Assembly: GCA_964016885.1 (NCBI GenBank)
Contig: OZ024743.1
Location: 270,816,001-270,880,000, forward strand
DNA: 64,000 nucleotides
Source of the DNA: Eledone cirrhosa
Lineage: Eukaryota
Direction: 5' to 3'
Notes under the pieces: generated by a model
What the model was told of the DNA's origin: nothing
Databases searched by the model: none
What the model saw: only the letters and a program-made list of their open reading frames with translations
Shown: piece after piece, positions 30,001 through 42,240 of the stretch
Layout of the letters: the number at the start of each line of letters is the position of its first letter
Position numbering within the stretch: position 1 is the first letter of the stretch
Translations under genes and position numbers: made by a program

Positions 30001-33000
30001 GCCAGAGTGATATACAGCCAGAGTGATATACCGCCAGAGTGATATACAGCCAGAGTGATATACCGCCAGAGTGATATACAGCCAGAGTGATATGCAGCCA
30101 GAGTGATATACAGCCAGAAGATATACCGCCAGAGTGATATACCGCCAGAGTGATATACAGCCAGAGTGATATACCGCCTCAGTTATATACCGCCAGAGTG
30201 ATATAGCGCCAGAGTGATATACCGCCAGAGTGATATACCGCCAGAGTGATATACAGCCAGCGTGATATATGGCTAGCGTGATATACGGCCAGAGTGATAT
30301 ACCGCCAGAGTGATATACCGCCAGAGTGATATACCGCCAGAGTGATATACCGCCAGAGTGATATACAGCCAGAGTGATATACCGCCAGAGTGATATAGCG
30401 GCAGAGTGATATACCGGCAGAGTGATATACCGCCAGAGTGATATTCCGCCAGAGTGATATACCGCTATAGTGATATACAGCCAGAGTGATATTTCGCCAG
30501 AGTGATATACCGCCAGAGTGATATCGCCAGAGTTATATACCGCCAGAGTGATATACCGCCAGAGTGATATACAGCCAGAGTGATATACAGCCAGCGTGAT
30601 ATACGGCCAGAGTGATATACCGCCAGAGTGATATACCGCCAGAGTGATATACCGCCAGAGTGATATACCGCCAGTGTGATATACAGCCAGAGTGATATTT
30701 CGCCAGAGTGATATACCGCCAGAGTGATATACAGCCAGAGTGATATACAGCCAGAGTGATATACCGCCAGAGTGATATACAGCCAGAGTGGTATTTCGCC
30801 AGAGTGATATACCACCAGAGTGATATACCGCCAGAGTGATATACCACCAGAGTGATATACCGCCAGAGTGATATACCACCAGAGTGATATACCACAAGAG
30901 TTATATACCGCCAGAGTGATATACCACCAGAGTGATATACCGTCAGAGTGATATACAGCCAGAGTGATATAGCGCCAGAGTGATATACCGCCAGAGTGAT
31001 ATACAGCCAGAGTGATATACCGCCAGAGTGATATACAGCCAGAGTGATATACCGCCAGAGTGATATACAGCCAGAGTGATATACAGCCAGAGTGATATAC
31101 AGCCAGAAGATATACCGCCAGAGTGATATACCGCCAGAGTGATATACAGCCAGAGTGATATACCGCCTCAGTTATATACCGCCAGAGTGATATAGCGCCA
31201 GAGTGATATACCGCCAGAGTGATATACCGCCAGAGTGATATACAGCCAGCGTGATATACGGCCAGCGTGATATACGGCCAGAGTGATATACCGCCAGAGT
31301 GATATACCGCCAGAGTGATATACCGCCAGAGTGATATACCGCCACAGTGATATACAGCCAGAGTGATATACCGCCAGTGTGATATACCGCCAGAGTGATA
31401 TACCGCCAGAGTGATATACCGCCAGAGTGATATACAGCCAGAATGATATACCGCCAGAGTGATATTTCGCCAGAGTGATATACCGCCAGAGTGATATACC
31501 GCCAGAGTGATATACCGCCAGAGTGATATACCGCCAGAGTGATATACCGCCAGAGTGATATACAGCCAGAGTGATATTTCGCCAGAGTGATATACCGCAA
31601 GAGTGATATACAGCCAGAGTGATATACAGCCAGAGTGATATACCGCCAGAGTGATATACAGCCAGAGTGATATTTCGCCAGAGTGATATACCACCAGAGT
31701 GATATACCGCCAGAGTGATATACCACCAGAGTGATATACCGCCAGAGTGATATACCGCCAGTGTGATATACAGCCAGAGTGATATACCGCCAGTGTGATA
31801 TACCGCCAGAGTGATATACAGCCAGAGTGATATACCGCCAGAGTGATATACCGCCAGAGTGATATACTGCCAGAGTGATATACCGCCAGTGTGATATACA
31901 GCCAGATTGATATACCGCCAGTGTGACATACCGCCAGAGTGATATACAGCCAGAGTTATATACCGCCAGAGTGATATACCGCCAGAGTGATATACAGCCA
32001 GAGTGATATACCGCCAGAGTGATATAGCGCCAGAGTGATATACCGCCAGAGTGATATACCGCCAGAGTGATATACAGCCAGCGTGATATACGGACAGCGT
32101 GATATACGGCCAGAGTGATATACCGCCAGAGTGATATACCGTCAGAGTGATATACCGCCAGAGTGATATGCAGCCAGAGTGATATACCGCCAGAGTGATA
32201 TACCGCCAGAGTGATATACCGCCAGAGTGATATACAGCCAGAGTGATATACCGCCAGAGTGATATACAACCAGAGTGATATACCGCCAGAGTGATATACC
32301 GCCTCAGTTATATACCGCCAGAGTGATATACAGCCAGAGTGATATACCGCCAGAGTGATATACCGCCAGAGTGATATACCGCCAGAGTGATATACAGCCA
32401 GAATGATATACCGCCAGAGTGATATACCGCCAGAGTGATATACAGCCAGAGTGATATACCGCCAGAGTGATATACCGCCAGAGTGATATACAGCCAGAGT
32501 GATATACCGTCAGAGTGATATACCGCCAGAGTGATATACAGCCAGAGTGATATACCGCCAGAGTGATATACCGCCAGAGTGATATACCGCCAGAGTGATA
32601 TACAGCCAGAGTGATATACCGCCAGAGTGATATACAACCAGAGTGATATACCGCCAGAGTGATATACCGCCTCAGTTATATACCGCCAGAGTGATATACA
32701 GCCAGAGTGATATACCGCCAGAGTGATATACCGCCAGAGTGATATACCGCCAGAGTGATATACAGCCAGAGTGATATACCGCCAGAGTGATATACCGCCA
32801 GAGTGATATACAGCCAGAGTGATATACCGCCAGAGTGATATACCGCCAGAGTGATATACAGCCAGAGTGATATACCGCCAGAGTGATATACCGCCAGAGT
32901 GATATACAGCCAGAGTGATATACCGCCAGAGTGATATACCGCCAGAGTGATATGCAGCCAGAGTGATATACAGCCAGAGTGATATACCGCCAGAGTGATA

Positions 33001-35459
33001 TACAGCCAGAGTGATATACCGCCAGAGTGATATACAGCCAGAGTGATATACCGCCAGAGTGATATACAACCAGAGTGATATACAGCCAGAAGATATACCG
33101 CCAGAGTGATATACCGCCAGAGTGATATACAGCCAGAGTGATATACCGCCTCAGTTATATACCGCCAGAGTGATATAGCGCCAGAGTGATATACCGCCAG
33201 AGTGATATACCGCCAGAGTGATATTCAGCCAGCGTGATATATGGCCAGCGTGATATACGGCCAGAGTGATATACCGCCAGAGTGATATACCGCCAGAGTG
33301 ATATACCGCCAGAGTGATATACCGCCAGAGTGATATACAGCCAGAGTAATATACCGCCAGAGTGATATAGCGGCAGAGTGATATACCGGCAGAGTGATAT
33401 ACCGCCAGAGTGATATTCCGCCAGAGTGATATACCGCTATAGTGATATACCGCCAGAGTGATATTTCGCCAGAGTGATATACCGCCAGAGTGATATACCG
33501 CCAGAGTTATATACCGCCAGAGTGATATACCGCCAGAGTGATATACAGCCAGAGTGATATACAGCCAGCGTGATATACGGCCAGAGTGATATACCGCCAG
33601 AGTGATATACCGCCAGAGTTATATACCGCCAGAGTGATATACCGCCAGTGTGATATACAGCCAGAGTGATATTTCGCCAGAGTGATATACCGCCAGAGTG
33701 ATATACAGCCAGAGTGATATACAGCCAGAGTGATATACCGCCAGAGTGATATACAGCCAGAGTGATATTTCGCCAGAGTGATATACCACCAGAGTGATAT
33801 ACCGCCAGAGTGATATACCACCAGAGTGATATACCGCCAGAGTGATATACCACCAGAGTGATATACCACAATAGTGATATACCGCCAGAGTGATATACTA
33901 CCAGAGTGATATACCGTCAGAGTGATATACAGCCAGAGTGATATACCGCCAGAGTGATATACCGCCAGAGTGATATACAGCCAGAGTGATATACCGCCAG
34001 AGTGATATACAGCCAGAGTGATATACCGCCAGAGTGATATACAGCCAGAGTGATATACAGCCAATGTGATATACAGCCAGAAGATATACCGCCAAAGTGA
34101 TATACCGCCAGAGTGATATACAGTCAGAGCGATATACCGCCTCAGTTATATACCGCCAGAGTGATATAGCGCCAGAGTGATATACCGCCAGAGTGATATA
34201 CCGCCAGAGTGATATACAGCCAGCGTGATATACGGCCAGCGTGATATACGGCCAGAGTGATATACCGCCAGAGTGATATACCGCCAGAGTGATATACCGC
34301 CAGAGTGATATACCGCCAGAGTGATATACAGCCAGAGTGATATACCGCCAGAGTGATATACCGCCAGAGTGATATACCGCCAGAGTGATATACCGCCAGA
34401 GTGATATACAGCCAGAGTGATATACCGCCAGAGTGATATTTCGCCAGAGTGATATACCGCCAGAGTGATATACCGCCAGAGTGATATACCGCCAGAGTGA
34501 TATACCTCCAGAGTGATATACCGCCAGAGTGATATACAGCCAGAGTGATATTTCGCCAGAGTGATATACCGCCAGAGTGATATACAGCCAGAGTGATATA
34601 CAGCCAGAGTGATATACCGCCAGAGTGATATACAGCCAGAGTGATATTTCGCCAGAGTGATATACCACCAGAGTGATATACCGCCAGAGTGATATACCAC
34701 CAGAGTGATATACCGCCAGAGTGATATACCACCAGAGTGATATACAGCCAGAGTGATATACCGCCAGAGTGATATACAGCCAGAGTGATATACCACCAGA
34801 GTGATATACCACCAGAGTGATATACCGCCAGAGTGATATACCACCAGAGTGATATACCGCCAGAGTGATATACCACCAGAGTGATATACCACCAGAGTGA
34901 TATACAGCCAGAGTGATATACCGCCAGAGTGATATACCACCAAAGTGATATACCGCCAGATTGATATACCACCAGAGTGATATACAGCCAGAATGATACA
35001 CCGCCAGAGTGATATACAGCCAGAGTGATATACCACCAGAGTGATATACCACCAGAGTGATATACCGCCAGAGTGATATACCACCAGAGTGATATACCGC
35101 CAGAGTGATATACCACCAGAGTGATATACCACCAGAGTGATATACAGCCAGAGTGATATACCGCCAGAGTGATATACCACCAGAGTGATATACCACCAGA
35201 GTGAAATACAGCCAGAGTGATATATCGCCAGAGTGATATACAGCCAGAGTGATATACCACCAGAGTGATATACCGCCAGAGTGATATACCACCAGAGTGA
35301 TATACCACCAGAGTGATATACCACCAGAGTGATATACAGCCAGAGTGATATACCACCAGAGTGATATACAGCCAGAGTGATATACCACCAGAGTGATATA
35401 CCACCAGAGTGATATACCTCCTGAGTGATATACCACCAGAGTGATATACAACCAGAGTG
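1..35459. repeat. Tandem satellite array, 16-bp monomer GCCAGAGTGATATACC (roughly 2,200 copies; runs off the window start)
   Basis: Uninterrupted head-to-tail 16-mers. The main variant is ...TATACAGCC; minor variants are TATTTCGCC, CAGTGTG, CCACC, GTTATA and 14-15-bp deletion monomers. The array ends at ...ACCAGAGTGC|AACTAAAG. Confidence 0.98.
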
Positions 35460-35688
35460 CAACTAAAGTGCATCGTGGCCGTGTGGCTATCTGGTTTTCA
35501 AGATACCCTTCAATGAAAGGAGGAATTCTTGAACTGACCGCTACAAGTGAAAAATTCTCGGAAGCAGAATTATCAGGCGGTATAAGGTGGTAAAGGCTGG
35601 ACATTTGGCGAGTAATATATAGCACTGATTAAATGATTATTTTTGTTAATTATTTCAGTGATTGAGCAAAATTGGTGAAGGCGGGACA

Positions 35689-35805
<117 letters not shown>

Positions 35806-35926
35806 CTCTGATGATGGACGTTTCTGTTAGAATCGTCTAATTTCATGAAACCTTAGGTAATGGCATAATTATAGTGTGGTGTTTATTATATAACTAAATA
35901 GATTACCTTTTCTACGGAAATACTTA

Positions 35927-36116
<190 letters not shown>

Positions 36117-36330
36117 TTCTTTATTTACCATAAAGACATAAAAAGAAGGGACAAATACAAAGGGGGAGTTTACATACAATCGAGTAAAAAGGGTATAAAA
36201 TGAAAATAATCGAAAATAACCTCAAAAGGGAGGGGACGTGATGGGGGTTGCACACACCTCCGAAAAAGTGTGCAATCCTTTGCCCGGGGAGCACATGGAG
36301 AAGGTGCTCCCCTCTCCTTTACTTCTTTAC

Positions 36331-38283
36331 CTACAGGATGGTATACAGAGAAGGCCCATTTACACGAGCCATTCTCGCCACTATCACCCACCTTTCATAA
36401 AACTGCCTGTGGCCAAGCACCTCTCTCTCCATTCTTATCCTTCTTCCGAAGGGATATCGGAAGAAGTAGACCAGATTATGGCCAGAGAGGAAGTTGCCTG
36501 ACCTCAGACCTTTCAATCGTGTCCACCAAACAACCTCTTTCAACATGGCTATTACGCACAGAAAAACCGCCTTTGCTTCCTTTGTGAAGAGGGGAGGCGG
36601 TTTGATTGTTATCACGGACTCGGCGGTCAATTTAATCGGCGCCACCCGCGACAGCAGTCGTTCGGCGTAGCCCCACAGATCAGCCACGCCCGGACATTGC
36701 ACCAATGCGTGCGCAACGGTTTCTTCGTGACGCACGCATCTAGGGCAAATCTTTTTTGAGGGATCCCTTCCCGGGCGCCCGTGTCTGTAGAGCCTCTCTC
36801 GAACGGGTAGAGCCCCTCGGTAGCACTGCCAGGCCAGTGACTTCTGGAAGTTGTCCATTGGTCCTGGGCCGAAAGTCCTACCGAACAGGCTGGCCAGTTC
36901 GTCTTCTTCCATGTCCAGCGACTCTCCAAGGGTGTCATCGCCCCTGCTAGCCACCAGCCCTCTATAGAATGATGAGGTGGATTCTCCACCGATGGCCTGG
37001 CCCGCTTGCCAGAGAGCCCTGAGCGCCTGAGCACACTCAGTGTGCCAGTATCCCAGTTTTCCGGATCTTTGCTTGACCCAGGACTGTAGCTCGGTGAGCG
37101 AGACGAGTCTCGGAAAGGCTCGTTTCACGAACGGAGCCCACACCGGTTGACCAGTGAGGAATACCTGTAGGTGCCGTAGCCTTAATGCGTGCCGTAGCCT
37201 TAATGCGTGTCTACGCATCATCAACCACGGCATCCCCAGCCCTCCTTTCGAAGGTTGTTGGCAGCAGATGGATCTTCTCACCATAGGAGGGCGCTTCTTC
37301 CAAAGAAATTGGAAGAGCATGCGTTCCATGGTGGTGAGTGTTTCCTTAGGACAAGGCACGACAGTCAGGCGGTAGTAAGTGACGGACGCTATGTAAATGT
37401 TCGCCACCTCCGCCCGGCCTTTTAGGGACAGCTTACACTTGGCCCATTTCTGGGTTAGTGCAAACACCTTGTTCGTAACCTCGTTCCAGTTCTTTTCCAC
37501 CTGGAGGTCCGGTCCAAACCAGACCCCAAGCAACTTTACCGGGCCCTCCGTCCAGTGTCCGACGACACCGTCAGGAGGCATCGGTCTGCCTCTCCACGTT
37601 CCGAGTTGCAGCCCGATGGATTTTTCCCGGTTCAGTTTCGCTCCTGACAACCTTTCATACTCCTCTAGTAAGGTACCGATCGCCTCGATCTCCGAGTCGG
37701 TCGATACCATTACTGTTACGTCATCGGCGTAGGCCGACACCGCTTTGCTCAATCCTGGTTCCAGGGGGATACCCTGCAACAACTCCAACTTCCTCAGTAA
37801 AGGCTCGAGAGTCAATACGTACAGAAGGGAGGAGAGAGGGCACCCCTGTCGAATGGATCGTGTGATTTCGAACGGCTTCGAAAGGTAGCCGTTCACCTTG
37901 ATCCTAGAACAGATGTGGTTGCTATGTAAGGCAGTGATCCAGCCTCTGAAAACAGGACCGAACCCAGCCGCCGCTAGCACCGCATCCAGGTAACCATGGT
38001 CGACCCTATCGAAGGCCTTAGACTGATCCAAGTTGATCAGGGCCCCACCGAAGCCGGGTTTGTTGCCAACCCTCTCTATGATGTATCGCATGAGGTGGAG
38101 GTTATCGTGAATGGACCTGGATGGGATAGCACATGTCTGCGCATCTCCCACCAGGCCACCCACGACAAGCGCCAACATATTTGCTAACACCTTGGCCAAA
38201 ATCTTTAACTCTGTGTTTAGCAGGGTTATGGGCCGAAAATTATTTATACTATCTCCCTTGTTCTCGTCCTTCCTCACCAGCCC
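36331..38283 (-). CDS. Tx1-like ORF2, C-terminal part (reverse transcriptase plus C-terminal CCHC)
   Basis: NFRPITLLNTELKILAK, LDQSKAFDRVDH, SIRQGCPLS, AYADD, GGLGMP and CPRCX8HX4C. It continues the upstream frame after a shift at about 38283. Confidence 0.9.
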   Translation of the reverse strand, partial: GLVRKDENKGDSINNFRPITLLNTELKILAKVLANMLALVVGGLVGDAQTCAIPSRSIHDNLHLMRYIIERVGNKPGFGGALINLDQSKAFDRVDHGYLDAVLAAAGFGPVFRGWITALHSNHICSRIKVNGYLSKPFEITRSIRQGCPLSSLLYVLTLEPLLRKLELLQGIPLEPGLSKAVSAYADDVTVMVSTDSEIEAIGTLLEEYERLSGAKLNREKSIGLQLGTWRGRPMPPDGVVGHWTEGPVKLLGVWFGPDLQVEKNWNEVTNKVFALTQKWAKCKLSLKGRAEVANIYIASVTYYRLTVVPCPKETLTTMERMLFQFLWKKRPPMVRRSICCQQPSKGGLGMPWLMMRRHALRLRHALRLRHLQVFLTGQPVWAPFVKRAFPRLVSLTELQSWVKQRSGKLGYWHTECAQALRALWQAGQAIGGESTSSFYRGLVASRGDDTLGESLDMEEDELASLFGRTFGPGPMDNFQKSLAWQCYRGALPVRERLYRHGRPGRDPSKKICPRCVRHEETVAHALVQCPGVADLWGYAERLLSRVAPIKLTAESVITIKPPPLFTKEAKAVFLCVIAMLKEVVWWTRLKGLRSGNFLSGHNLVYFFRYPFGRRIRMEREVLGHRQFYERWVIVARMARVNGPSLYTIL

Positions 38284-39776
38284 TTGGCTACAGAACAAGG
38301 AATTCTCCCGTTCTGCTGCCAATTGCAGTAGACCGCTTCGAGGAGTTCGGAGAAGAAGACCGGCATTGCTAAATAAAGTTCGTAAGGTATACCATCGAGA
38401 CCTGGAGATTTGCGTCTGCTGCATTGGCTCAGCGCATCACCGATCTCATCAGCCGAGATTGGTCCCTCGCAGGACTCTGCCTCTTCGCTCGAGAGACGCG
38501 GTAGGCCGTCGAGGTATGGACCGAAATCCACGCCCCTGCCTGGACCCTCGCCTCCCCCGAACAATCGGGCAAAGTGTCTTTGAAAGGCCTCGCACATCTG
38601 CTTAGGCTCCCGGATCACCCGTCCATCTTCGTCTTGCAACGACCGGATGGTGGATCGATTTCCACTCTTAGCTTCTGTCACGCGGGCCCAGCCAACGGCT
38701 TTGGCCCCCTCATTACCTAGAGCACGTATTTTACTTCGAATGACGCAGCCTTCGTGCTTTGCATCGAAAAACTGGTTCAAGGCCGTCCTCGATGCCAGCA
38801 CTCTGGCTACATCTTCGCTCTTGATTGCCTCTTCTAATTTACCTGTTAATTCTTTCTCGTTTCTATTCCTATCGGCAGCTAACATCTTGCTATAACTTAT
38901 TGATTCTGTTCTAATCTCTCTTTTGAGAGATGCCCACCATCGGTTGTTGACGATTGCACCCGTCAACCTCTCCTTAACTAATCTGCTAATCCGGCTTCTG
39001 TAAGTCTCTTTTGCCGGTAAAGACAAATTAAGTTTCCAGTAACCGGGACCCTGTTTATGTGTTTTCTCGAGATTGACTACGCAGGTCACTAATTTGTGAT
39101 CCGTGTAGCCAACCGTGCGCATTTCTGGACAGCTTAATATGTCCCTATCCTTACTTCTAACTAAGAATCTATCTAAGTACGATCTAGATTGACCACTGTG
39201 GTTTCTCCAAGTCCAGGTAGGCACAGTTGGAAAATCTAGTCGATATCTATCGACCAAGTTAAAACGGTCGAGTAACCCCTTGAGGATGTTACACCCCCCT
39301 CTATTAGGACATGCTCCTGCATAGTCCCAACGTGCATCTAGGATGTCATTCCAATCCCCCGCTAGAAGCAGGGAACGCGACGTTCCCAGAAAAGTCTCCA
39401 AACGCTGGAAGAAGTCGGGCCGTTCAGCTCCGAAAGGGGAGTAGACGGCGACCAGTCTCAAGGCCGCACTTTCACTACTGCCAACGTCTAGCACCAACAA
39501 ACGACTCTCCGGGTCCGAGTGCACAACCTGTACGGCAAGACCCAGGTGTTTTTGCAGCAGTACGACAACCCCACCCCCACCTCCAGGTTGACAGAGAGAT
39601 GCATGCACCTCAAAGTCATCGAAGGTGGGGGCCAGCTGCCGCACGACGCTGATTCGAGTCTCACAGATAACCATTACATTTATACTACATGACCTGAGGT
39701 CATTTAGAAGCTTTGCTTGCTTCCAAGTTGAGCCCAGGCCACGTGCATTCAAACATCCTACTCTTAACACATCCAT
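38274..39776 (-). CDS. Tx1-like ORF2, N-terminal part (AP endonuclease plus linker); frameshifted into the RT part
   Basis: APE motifs CLNARGL, ICETR, VYSP, AGDWN, TWTW, SYLDRF, TDHK, then GPGYWKLN and KSPGLDGIPYELY. The frame ends at SVAKGW*. Confidence 0.88.
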   Translation of the reverse strand: MDVLRVGCLNARGLGSTWKQAKLLNDLRSCSINVMVICETRISVVRQLAPTFDDFEVHASLCQPGGGGGVVVLLQKHLGLAVQVVHSDPESRLLVLDVGSSESAALRLVAVYSPFGAERPDFFQRLETFLGTSRSLLLAGDWNDILDARWDYAGACPNRGGCNILKGLLDRFNLVDRYRLDFPTVPTWTWRNHSGQSRSYLDRFLVRSKDRDILSCPEMRTVGYTDHKLVTCVVNLEKTHKQGPGYWKLNLSLPAKETYRSRISRLVKERLTGAIVNNRWWASLKREIRTESISYSKMLAADRNRNEKELTGKLEEAIKSEDVARVLASRTALNQFFDAKHEGCVIRSKIRALGNEGAKAVGWARVTEAKSGNRSTIRSLQDEDGRVIREPKQMCEAFQRHFARLFGGGEGPGRGVDFGPYLDGLPRLSSEEAESCEGPISADEIGDALSQCSRRKSPGLDGIPYELYLAMPVFFSELLEAVYCNWQQNGRIPCSVAKGW

Positions 39777-39809
39777 GTGGGCGGCAGAGCCAAAGGAGAA
39801 TGTAGAGAC

Positions 39810-41516
39810 CTACCTTTCCGCTTCCCGGGGTTCGGGTTGCACGACTTCCATGGGGTCGGGGGTGTCTTGTGGTGGTGTGGGGTCGTCAGTGTGTGGTGGG
39901 GTTGGGGTGTTTGGAGTTGTGTTGGGGAGGGGAAGGGGAGGGGGAAAGCTTTTTAGTAGGACGCGGTTTATGGGTTTGACAGAGGGTGGTCCTACGTCCT
40001 CCTTAAAATCCTTTTTTAGTTTTTGGTAGAGGTTTATTGGGATCTTTATTAATTTTAAATGTGGGTAGTTTTCTGAAGAAACAAAGTTTACACCTTCGGT
40101 TTGTACCGAAGGATTATTGTATATGAGTTCATTTAATTTATTATTGTTTCTGTTGATGTAAGTATAGTGTAATGTCTTTTTTTCGGATGGTGTGAGTGTT
40201 TCGAAGAGGGGAGGGGCAGGTTTGGTTTTGTTTGTTGCTGGAGGGGTGTTTTCTGTTTTGTTGGATTGTGTTGAGATTTGGGTGGGGGTTGTTTGGCCTT
40301 GTGTGTTTTGCACATGTTTTCTTTTTTTTCTTTTAATCTGTCTGAAGGACTCCGTTTCTTCCTCCGAATTCGTTGGGTTATCTTCAGTGTTGGAGGGAAG
40401 AGGTATGTTTGCTGGTAATGTTTCCGTGTTGGTTTTCTTTGTGGGGGAGATGGATGTCACTATGTTAGACTGTGTTGTGTGTTGTGTCTGCGGTGGTTGT
40501 GTTGTTTTATTGAGTGAGGGGTTGGGTGGGCCTGTATTTTGTTTTGGGGTAATGTGTTGTGACTGTTTGTGTTGTGGTGGTGGTGTAGTTTTACTGAGGG
40601 ACGGGTTGGGTGGGACTGAGTTTTGTTGTTTGTTTATCTGTTGTGGTGGTGGTGGAGCTGGTGTTGGTAACAGGGTTTTCTTTTTGTTGAGTTGGGGACA
40701 AGCGGCCTTCAGGTGCCCTCTTCCTGCACAGATATGACAGGACGGCCTTCTCCCCTCCACGCTAATGTTTATATACCCGTGACCCTCTAATAGGATTCTG
40801 TCGGGTATTTGGGCGATGCGTTCAGGCTTCATTTGCACTACCAGCTCTATACCTGTTCCACTGAACGCATTGCCTGTGGTTTTCCCAATGGAAATCACGT
40901 TGTCATTCACTGGATCGATGAAGCCAGCTATGAGCCAGCAGTAGTCCACATCTGGCATCATTGCATCCAGCCATATGCGTTGAGTTCTTTTACCCATATA
41001 AGATGGATAAAAGGTAAAAATTTTCGAACGAATCGGTGACAAAGCACATTTTTTTGCCGCCGATTCGTTCTTCATGATAATTGCTAGGCTTCCATACAGT
41101 CTGTCTTTTCTTATGAAAGTGGTTTCATTAAGTACTTCTGTGAGTACTGCTTTGATTTCTGTTTGAGTTGGCTGTTCAGGTTTTTTTGTACTGTTGTTGA
41201 TGGTCCGAAACTTGACCGTTCGGCTTTCAATGTCTTTGGTGAATTCTTGAGGCATTTTTACCGATAAAATACCATTCTCTCCTTCACTTATGTATTGTTT
41301 GGCGTCTGTGATTCTTCTTGCCACATCTGAAATATTTTCCGGTATATAAGTCAAAGATTTCTTTGTTGTCTGTGCAAATGAAATCTTGTCGTCTGCTTTG
41401 CTTTCTGTTATGGTGTTATTTTCAAATGTTATTTTTGTGTTTGTTGTGTCTTTGTTTGTGTTATTAGTATTGTCATGCAATTTTTCAAATTTTTTTTTTT
41501 CGTTGTTGGAATCCAT
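39810..41516 (-). CDS. Tx1-like ORF1, gag-like nucleic-acid-binding protein with zinc knuckle
   Basis: About 568 aa from the ATG at 41516. CX2CX4HX4C knuckle (CHICAGRGHLKAAC) followed by a Pro/Thr/Gln-rich tail and a basic KRKKRK patch. Lies directly upstream of ORF2. Confidence 0.85.
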   Translation of the reverse strand: MDSNNEKKKFEKLHDNTNNTNKDTTNTKITFENNTITESKADDKISFAQTTKKSLTYIPENISDVARRITDAKQYISEGENGILSVKMPQEFTKDIESRTVKFRTINNSTKKPEQPTQTEIKAVLTEVLNETTFIRKDRLYGSLAIIMKNESAAKKCALSPIRSKIFTFYPSYMGKRTQRIWLDAMMPDVDYCWLIAGFIDPVNDNVISIGKTTGNAFSGTGIELVVQMKPERIAQIPDRILLEGHGYINISVEGRRPSCHICAGRGHLKAACPQLNKKKTLLPTPAPPPPQQINKQQNSVPPNPSLSKTTPPPQHKQSQHITPKQNTGPPNPSLNKTTQPPQTQHTTQSNIVTSISPTKKTNTETLPANIPLPSNTEDNPTNSEEETESFRQIKRKKRKHVQNTQGQTTPTQISTQSNKTENTPPATNKTKPAPPLFETLTPSEKKTLHYTYINRNNNKLNELIYNNPSVQTEGVNFVSSENYPHLKLIKIPINLYQKLKKDFKEDVGPPSVKPINRVLLKSFPPPLPLPNTTPNTPTPPHTDDPTPPQDTPDPMEVVQPEPREAER

Positions 41517-41930
41517 GTCCAAATTTGTGTTTTCGTCATTTTTTTTCTCCGCAGATTCGTCTGTTTTTATTTTAATTTTTCCTTCCTTCTCTATGACGTT
41601 AGTTGGGAAGGAAGGGGGGTCTAAAGCGTGCGAGCTTACAACTCTTACCGCTGTCCCCCACCACTATTTTCGTTCGCTGCGTTTAACATTTCTGTTAGAC
41701 GATTGGAATTTTTTTGCCACAAAATTTTTTAAAACAGGTTTTTCACCTCTAGGAGGGGTAAAGATGCGCTGACCCACCGCCTGACAGTTCAGATGGGGGG
41801 GGGGGTCAAGCTACACAATTGTATCAAAATTAAATTTGAACTCACAAAATTTCCGCAATAAATTTGAACAATACTTCTGCGCGAAGTGAATTACATCCAC
41901 ACTGTAGAACAGACGACAGCTAGAGCATCA

Positions 41931-42023
<93 letters not shown>
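41931..42023. repeat. (TAGA)n microsatellite flanking the Tx1 5' end
   Basis: Directly visible. Confidence 0.97.
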
Positions 42024-42240
42024 AATACATCCATATTCCTACACAAAAACATAATAAATCTAATGAAAATGTGTTTCAAATTCCCAAGAAAAATAAATGG
42101 AAAATCGCCATCATTTATCTTATAATTGTTAGTTTCCTTCTTTTATTTAGTTGTATATTTATTTATCATTTTATTTATTTATTTGTCAGTTTTACTTCCC
42201 GGTTTATGTGATAGTTCTAGTCTCTAATATTTATTTTTAC

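Larger units (their letters stand above)
36117..41930 (-). mobile_element. Near full-length Tx1-clade (L1 group) non-LTR retrotransposon, about 5.8 kb
   Basis: Two ORFs on the minus strand (CCHC gag-like ORF1; APE-RT-CCHC ORF2), a 5' leader of about 400 bp, and a 3' UTR ending GGTAAATAAAGAAA. (TCTA)n lies on both sides. Confidence 0.92.

Noticed and set aside
1-35459. CRISPR array
   Set aside because: No unique spacers, no cas genes, eukaryotic context. The same applies to the 20-bp array.
1-35459. Resemblance of the monomer to phage lambda operators (ACCGCCAGAG, GTGATA)
   Set aside because: Only about 10 bp match, the operator spacing is not kept and there is no phage or vector sequence; most likely coincidence.
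1-35459. Telomerase-type terminal repeat
   Set aside because: No TTAGGG-like G-rich strand, and kb-scale variant blocks are copied, which points to recombination rather than templated addition. Chromosome position cannot be seen from this window.
441-35625. Long minus-strand ORFs of repeated AVYHSGGISLWRYITL
   Set aside because: The 16-bp monomer has no stop on that strand, so all three frames give the same peptide. Indel monomers shift frames freely, so there is no sign of coding constraint.
36238-41772. Plus-strand ORFs overlapping the Tx1 element
   Set aside because: Antisense shadows of the real ORFs with no motifs.
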